Below, piece after piece: positions 52,406-61,400 of a stretch of 64,000 nt of DNA. A program made the translations under genes and the position numbers. Every line of letters begins with the position of its first letter. Positions within the stretch are counted from its first letter, which is position 1. The notes below the pieces were generated by a model. That model made no database searches and had not been told where the DNA came from. It saw only the letters and a list, made by a program, of their open reading frames with translations. Origin of the DNA: Lytechinus pictus (Eukaryota); NCBI RefSeq assembly GCF_037042905.1, contig NC_087249.1, positions 47,430,001 through 47,494,000 on the forward strand, in the 5' to 3' direction.

Positions 52406-55400
52406 TTCTGTTAATGCAGTGAGTATCGATAAAAAGTTTACAATTTAAAGATCCCTTAGAAATTGAAAAAAAAATATATATAACATGAGGATCATGACAT
52501 ACACACATATATTATTAGGCTTTGGTCTCAACTGCCAGTTAAAAGTATAATTTGTGACAGGCTCTTACGGTTGAGTGAACATCGTCCATTTTGGTAATGC
52601 TCGCAGAAATGATGATATTCACATTGTGTAAACGAGGAAAGGCGAAACAACGAACCGGCCTTGCCTTGCATTCCTCCTCAATAGGCTGATATGGAGCTTA
52701 AAATATCAAGTTTTGAAGTCAATATACAAAACATATTTCAGCTCCAACATCGAGCTTTAATCATTTGGTGTGATTTATAAATTGATTTTCAAAAATTGCT
52801 CTGTAAAATGTCCGTTTTATTGTCTCAGTATCAACATTTTCAGCTCGCACTGCGCGCTCGCGCTATTTGATTTGTCAGGTACCTATTCTCTTCGTGTATT
52901 CCATTAAGTTCTCAAAATATCCCTTAATTTTCAGGTTTGTTTGTGAAAACCTATCAGCCAGCGCTGCGCGCTCGCATTTTGATTGGTGAGTAATGTATAC
53001 CTCAATAATTTCCTTTATAATAATAAGCAATTCTAAAACAAATTACTTAAAATCCCCTTTTCATGACATCGCGATTTGCTCTCTCATTACTCTGTTAAAA
53101 ATATATTAACCCATGCATCCTATTCATAATTACAAATATGTTTAAAATATCCAGTTTTAAAGAAATAATATCAACAAATTTCGAGCTGTCATTAGGCTTA
53201 TTATATTAATAAATATCAAAATAACATTTTCATGAATTCCTAATAATTAAACTGTCCTTTTTTCAGAATGGAATATCTCGCGCTTAGGAAGAGGAATAGA
53301 AGAAAGTCATCATTCTCATATGATGACAAAATGTCCTTAGAATGTCAAGGTCCCAGGTCAAAAAAAAAAATATCAGCTTGCGCTTCGCTCTTACATCATT
53401 TATTGAAAACGATTCGTAATAGCCACTTCACGATTTTCCTACACAGTGCTTGAATTAGTGCTTAAATTGACCCCTTTTCAGGTAGGAATACCAAACATTT
53501 TCAGCTCGCGCTTCGCGATCACGTTATTGATTTTCATGATAAAAAATATATTTAGAATGCCCAGATACTAGGTATAAATCTTAAACACACGCATGCATGT
53601 TGATTGAGATACAAAGCTTCTTCTTTCATTGAAAACATGCTTAAATTATCAAATTTCAGACTAAAATTTTCTGCTTAAAGCGCTCATATTATTGATTTAG
53701 GATACCCAATTACCCATTCGTTTCATGATTTACAAAACATGAATTGAGTGACCCGTTTTTAAGTATAAAATTCTCTCTTTTTCCGCTCACGCTTCGCGCG
53801 CGCATTGATTAGTTATATTCCTATGCTGCCCATGATTACAAAATATGCTTAGAATTTCCATATTTTTTAAGGTTGGAATGTCAACAATTTTCAGCTCGCG
53901 CTTCGCGCTCGCTTTATTTGATTATTGAATATGTATCGCTTTATGGCTAACTATGGCTAACTACAAACAGGTCCATTTTCGATCAGTTATATGCGGAGTT
54001 TGTTCAGAATCACAAACATTGCCCAGAATGTTCGATTTTCAGGACAAGATACATGAAATAAACAAAATAGCCCGAGCTTCGCGCCCGCACTATTTAAATA
54101 TGGCTTATGAGATTACTATGTTTTATAAGAATAAAGCAAAGAAGTGACTGTTACGAAGAAACATACAAAAATCATCTTTGAGTGGCCGATCGGGGAAAAT
54201 ATGGGTGAATTTTTTGTTTGCCCGCTCCCTTATGGGCGAAAGCTGGTTCCGCCCCTGAATTTAGGCCTACTTCAGCACCCCCAGCCAAAAAAATCGTTCC
54301 CAGGACCCTGCAAAGGTTACAGTAACTATTATTTTCATCAATGTCATCATTATCATTGTTTTTTCATTATTATCAACATTACCATCAGTAATATCAATTA
54401 ATATTTCTTACTTTCATCACAGTCGTTGCCGGTCCATCCATTTAAACAGATACAATAGTAGAAATTTATCCCTTGACGACATTCGCTATTGCCAGCACAT
54501 GGATCCGAGTGGCATTCATCTACGTCTGTAAAATAATTTTTAAACATGTAGTTGTGAGTTAATTTGAGCAAGTAAACACACTGTGAACTGTAGAGGTATT
54601 CTGAAGTCTTGTTCAACTTAGGCCATGGTCTAACTCTGTGCTAAAGTTATGGGCAGCCAAACATGTCAAAATTGGATTTAAATTATGTTTCCTATCTTTT
54701 CTGTGACCCTTCCCAATTCTTTGATAGTGAAGACAGTTATCCTATTTATCCTTCACAGACAATTAACAATAGTTTGTAAGTAAAATGAGCTGTTACATTG
54801 AGTCTCTACTGTTCGAGATTAATGTCACGATTGGCTGTCCATTATTAAATCACAAGTTTAGACAAGAGTTTAAAATTAAACCTGACTTCAGCATACAGGG
54901 CACTGTGAACACTGTCACTGTATAGGTATCAACAATGTGTAATTATCTTCACACTGCTTAAATTTGAGCATTTTAACAGTGTGAAACACATCTCCATATA
55001 AACCATTGTGTGCACGCACTGTGAACACACACTGTCGAGGTATCAACAATGTGTAATTATCTTCACACTGCTTAAATTGGAGTATTTTAACAGTGTGAAT
55101 CACATCTCCATATAATACCACTGTGTGAACACACTCTCTGCACAGGCATCCACATTGTGTAATTATCTCCAGACTGCTTGAATTTGAGCATTTTAACAGT
55201 GTGAATCACATCTTCATTTGTTCACATAGAGCAGTATGTGATTTTAGCATTTTAACAAACTGAATCACAACTTCATGTAATCCATTATGTAAAAACACTT
55301 TTTGGCACGGTGTTATTATTTAAATGTATTATAAAAAATTAATAATTACAATAATAATGATAATAATCATAATAAATGATAATAATACCAATGATAATGA

Positions 55401-58400
55401 TACTAATTATAATAATGAAAATAATAATATAATGATAATAATAATAATTATAATAATAATAATGTTTTATTTACTCAGGACACTTCAGTTAGGAAACTGC
55501 TCAACCAGCGTGCACTGCACTGCACTGTATGAATGATTCAATAAACTATAAAGAGAATGCTGTATTTGATTGTATCATCCCCCTGATTTTCTGTACACTG
55601 AATGATTAAAAACCAACATACCCCCATTACAGAGATCCCCTGTATATCCAGTAACACACTCGCAGAAGAAAGTATTTACTCCATCCGTACACGTCCCTCC
55701 ATTAGCGCAAGGATTCGGAACGCAATCGTCAATATCTTTAGAATCAGGAAGATACATCCGCCAAGGTGTCATTAAGACATATACAAAAACAGATAGAAAT
55801 GGCTAAATACATTATCATAGCAGCCAACAGTCGAGTTATTGTAAAATAATAATAATAATGATTATGATGATGATGATAATACTTAAAATGATAATAATCA
55901 TAATGATAATAATGATCATAAGAAACATCAATGCTACAGAAAATAATTTTTCGTAATGCAAAACATTATAGCAGAATCCAAAAATTATATAACACGTAAC
56001 ATGTTAATTGAATGATTGAAAGAATGGGAAGACAGGGAAAATGACTGGTATATTATAGGAAGAAAGTACATACACTGCAAAAACTCTGGTGTTGATTTAA
56101 CACCAGCCCGGAATCTATATAAGTGTTAAACGACACCAGTATCGTTTTGGTCTTCCACCAGATTTAGTATCAAAACATCATCTGTTTGATTCCAAACTGG
56201 TGTTGTTTCAATACATCTCTGGTGTGGACATATGTAGATTCGGGGCTGGTGTTAAATCAACACCGGAGTTTTTGCAGTGTATAAGAATGTAAGACAAAGA
56301 CATGAGGCAGTAAAGAGAGTGAATGGAAAAGACAAGGAAAACAAAAAACAAAATAGAGACAGAATCTGAGATAGAGAAATAATGATAATAATAATAAACA
56401 TTAATTTGTAACATTAATTTGTATGGCGCAGCTTTTATATGAATATATTCAACTGCGCTTGTTCAGAGCTCTTTTCACTTCATTCTACGCAGCAAATTTT
56501 CTTAACTAAAGAGATATGTTTTCAACTTTAATTTAAAGATAGCGAGTGATGGAGAGCTTTTCATGCCAACTGGCAGACTATTCTATAGTTTTGGGGAAAG
56601 AGAGATGGGAAGGGAGATAGTATGACGAGGGTCAGAAAAAGGAAAGGGAGAGAACGTAGCTGAAATTACACGAGACGAAGAGACGTGTAAAAATGTTCAT
56701 CAAAGCTAGGCAGGAATGGACCTACCACTTAGAGGTAGTAGCAGCAAGAAAAAAAATAAATGAGGCTTTAAAATGCACAAATTTCATGATTTATGAATTT
56801 AACAAAATCCTTTTAGATTACTAAGAAAGCCGTCAAAAACATTTCAAATAACTGGTTACACTTCCCTTAAAACTTGTATTTACCATTTTTTACTGATCTA
56901 TTACTATGATAAGGGCATTACTCGATGTTGATAGTAGCAGCAAGAACAAAGAAAGAAATCGATGAGGCCTAAGAATGCACAAATTTCATGATTTATGAAT
57001 TTAACAAAATCCTATTAGATTAATAAGAAAGCCATCAATAACATTTTAAATAATTGGTTACACTTCCCTTCAAAACCTTGTATTTACCATGTTTACTGAT
57101 CTGTTACTATGATAAGGGCATTACTCGATGTTGATAGTAGCAGCAAGAACAAAGAAAGACATCAATGAGGCCTAAGAATGCACAAATTTCGTGATTTATG
57201 AATTTAACGAAATTCTACTAGATTAATAAGAAAGCCATCAATAACATTTTAAATAATTCGTTACACTTACTATGATGAGAGCATTACTCAATGTTGATAT
57301 TATGATTACATGTACATCTATATCAATCTCAAATATTACCATTTTCTAACTTCTGCCTCATTGGATCAAGGGGGCATTCGTTTTCTTCAACTCATCACCA
57401 AATTTTCAAACTAATATTTCATTATATAAGTATTAACAAAAGTCATATTGGGGAAGAAATATAATATTACTGAGAAAGTAAATTGAAATTGTTGTGTAAT
57501 CACTGAAGCACTCTTACCTATATTGCAATTTATGCCTGTCCATCCTTCATAACACAGACAGAAGTAGAGATCTGGCACATTGAAGCACTCGCCGTTTTCC
57601 CCGCAAGGGTTTGAAATACATTCGTCAGTATCTATGTTTAAAAACGAGGTAATAATATAAACATTGTATATTTCCTGTGATTAATGTGCTCTTTCCCAAC
57701 TCGTCATGGTGATGAAAGCTATATTATATATCTTTCCGAAACAGTTAAGAATGATTTGAGAAAAAATGAGCTGATATATTGAAATTATAATGTTGTAGAT
57801 TTAAGACACTATCGGCTATACTTAAACCACAACTTTAAACCCGAGTTTGAATTAAATTTGATTTCAGAATACAGACCATAATTTTTACTTCGATGTTAAA
57901 TGGTGTTGGTTCAACACGACAACGCTAATGGGTGCTATTCCAACACCTTATTACATACACTCTTTGATGCTAAGTTCCATCTCTAGGATGTAATTTTAAC
58001 ACCTCATGGTGGGGTTCTACAGGGACACCAACTGGTATTAGTTTTAACACTATAACTTTTGTAGTGTAGGTGTAGTAGCATCTACACTGAGCCATATTTC
58101 TGTTAAAAACTATTCATAAAATATTCTTGTAAAGTGACTATACAGTGCGTATCAAAAAAAAGTTTACACTTTGAAAAAGCCCTGGGAATTAAAAAATATA
58201 CAACATGTGGGTAATTTTTTCACATATAATCTTGGGTTTGGGTCTCATCTATCTAATGAAAGTAAAAGTTTTGGCAGAATGTTACACTTGAGTGAGCACT
58301 GTCCATTTTTGTAAAGCTCGCGAAAATCTGTTTGCGCAGAAATGCTCGTTTTCACGCTGTGTAAAGGGGAAAGGGCGAAATCAAACTTATCCTGCGAAAC

Positions 58401-61400
58401 ATTTTCATCCAGTGTAAAGCAAATATCGTCACGATGGCCTTGGTGTGTGGGGGAGTGGGGTGGGGCGCAATGCACTGTTCGAAGTGTTTGGGCAAGGAAA
58501 CAACTTAAAACAGGCACAAGATATCATCAAATAAATTTTACTAGCTAAATTCCACGTGTTCTTCATGATTAAGGTCTACTTTTATTCGCATAACTATTTC
58601 AAAGTCCTGCGCAAATAATTTTTCACTAACTTTTCAAAAGGAAGTGGTGCTCATTCAAGCGGAAATATTTTTCGACAGTTATATCGTCATTTGCTTAAAT
58701 GGATCTGTACCAATTTAAAATGTGGAAAAATCTTCAGAATATTACAAATATATAATTTTACAGGATTTTTTTCTCTAAGTGTAAACTTTTTTTTGATACG
58801 CACTGTATTTGTGACAAGTGAGAGTATTTCCTTTAGAAGTATCGTTAGGTATAATTGATATATTATTGAAAATGTAAGATGTCCTGGTATCACATAACAT
58901 TACCGTCAGATGCTGTTATACAGACGTTATCCGCATTCGCGATGGATAGCGCTATCAATCACCAGTGGTGACATGTAACGTTAAATTCATTCGTTATCAC
59001 CACCCACAATGGATAGCGCTACCAATCATCATTGGTGATCAATAACATGTAATTCGCACGTTATCACCATTTGTGATAGATTGAACGGTACGATTATAGT
59101 AACATAATTTGCAGGATCAACATTTGCGATAAATTGCAAGTCTCGATCAGTAACATGTAATTCACTCGTTATCACCACTCACGATCCGTAAAGTGTAATC
59201 CACTTGTGATGGATTGCAAAGGGCGATCAGTAGCATATATTAATTCTTATAACTATTATTATATCCCCACCTTTAATGGATAAACGCGCATTGCACTCCA
59301 CATCGGCAGTATTGTACGGTTCCTCATAGCGTGAAATGCATATTGCCCATGAAGACATACAATACGTGAAAAAAACTTTAACCAGGGGAGCGTTTCATGA
59401 AAGAACCTGTGAGACGTCTTATCCGACAAGTTCCTGTATAATGTCCTTCTCAGCCAATCTAATTCAAGAAAGGTTGTCGGATGACACAACTTGTCGGACA
59501 TAAGAATTACGTTACTTTGATCACATCACTTTCTGCAACGGGCCATGCGTGGGTGAGACTCATAATATCCGCCCATATAATTCTGCGTACTTACCAGTTT
59601 CCGTTAAGAAGACAGATCCGATGCTTTTAACTTCGTTTACACCAGCGAGTGACTTTACGCTTATTCCATACGAAGAGCCTGAATGCAGATCTTCAATTGT
59701 GACCTCGGTAACGGTACTGTCGACTTTCACTATGATATCGGTTGGGAAGACTTCAACCTAAACAACCAATGGACAATGGATACTAAGATTAAATTTGTTT
59801 GGTTGTCATGGGAGAACATACTTTAGTGCAGGAAAATAATGCCTACATACTTCTAACATTATCAACGTCATTATCAGCATTTTTTTTTTTGGGGGGGGGG
59901 GGTGGGTGCAAGCAATCTCACAACATTTTTTAGTTGATTGAGTTAGAACATATAAAAATTATGTGATATACTTTGTATGAGTAGAGAAAGATAGATAAAG
60001 AAATGTAAATCAACCCTGTTTCCGTTTCTGTTTATGGTAACTCCCATAGGAACTCGGCAGGACAGCGTTTTGCTGGTAAACGCCAAGCTGGTATATAACC
60101 AATTACCTGGGAAAGTTTTATGCCTAGGTTAATCAGTCATAGTGGCTGACCTTAAAGACGACATATATTACTCTCGGGTCTTTTTATCAGAGAGGAGTGG
60201 GGATTCGAACTCACAATCTTGCGATTAGGAGTCCAATGCTCTAACCACTGGACCACACGACCCGATAATGTCAATGTCATACAGTCAGATAATTTTGAGG
60301 GAATTATCATAGAATCTATGATTGCCTGTTAACACCAATTTCGATATTAAATGACCCCAAGGTGAAAACAATCACTCGAACCTGATACGAGTCGACAATT
60401 GGTGGGGGATCGTCAATCTCGTGTGCAGGTGGATTCCATGCTATAGTCAGCGTGGTTGATGTGTAGCTCACTACCCGAACATTCTCTGGAGGAAGGGGAA
60501 CTGAAAACATAATAATGATGATAGCAATTGATTTATCATAACACTCAAACACTTTCCCCATATCGCTCGTTATATAATAACAATACCTAATAGTTACATT
60601 TACATGTATACAGCGCTTAATACTTAATGTTTCTAAGCCCTTTACATTGTAATTGTTATTACTCAGGTCATCTGATCCTGGCATGTATGCGCTTTTCCCG
60701 ATTTCCTGGGGAGCATTCCAGCAAGAGATCTAGGCATACTATAGGATTTCGCCTCCCTTTAACACCTGTGTGAAGAGTGGCAAAGTGTGGATTGACGCCG
60801 TGCAAAAAAGACGCTATAGGCCGCGACGATATTCAAACTCCCGACCCACTGCTTACAAGACGAGAGTCAGAACCACTACACTCCATACACACACACACAC
60901 ACACACACCCTTACACCCTCACATATATTAAGCGTCAAAAAGAACTGACACAAAAAACACACAAGAGGTTAAATATCATTGAGTACATCATGAATATAAA
61001 ATATATGAATTGCACAGTATATGGTTACAAAACAACGAAACATTCAATAGATAGTCATATACCTTTATCCTATAGCAAGGGGGGGGGGGCTTTATGATAC
61101 CCAACTATTGAGATCTATTACTTGCATGGAGAACACCTGCGTCCAGATGAGTGTGTATGTGTGGGGTGAAATATGCTCGTATTTTGTGAATATTTTGTAA
61201 AAATGTGTCACAAAATTAGATTCTATATTTAAAAGGTCGATTTCTGTTAGTTCTCGTCTAAGATTTTTTTCCCATACACCATGTCTGGCCTCCTAAAAAA
61301 TGTTGGTATGCTCATTAAGCTACTGAGGGAGATTTTTATTCATCAACGCAGCATCAAGAGAATTTCTTAGTGCTAAAGACCATGCACAAACTTTTTTCAT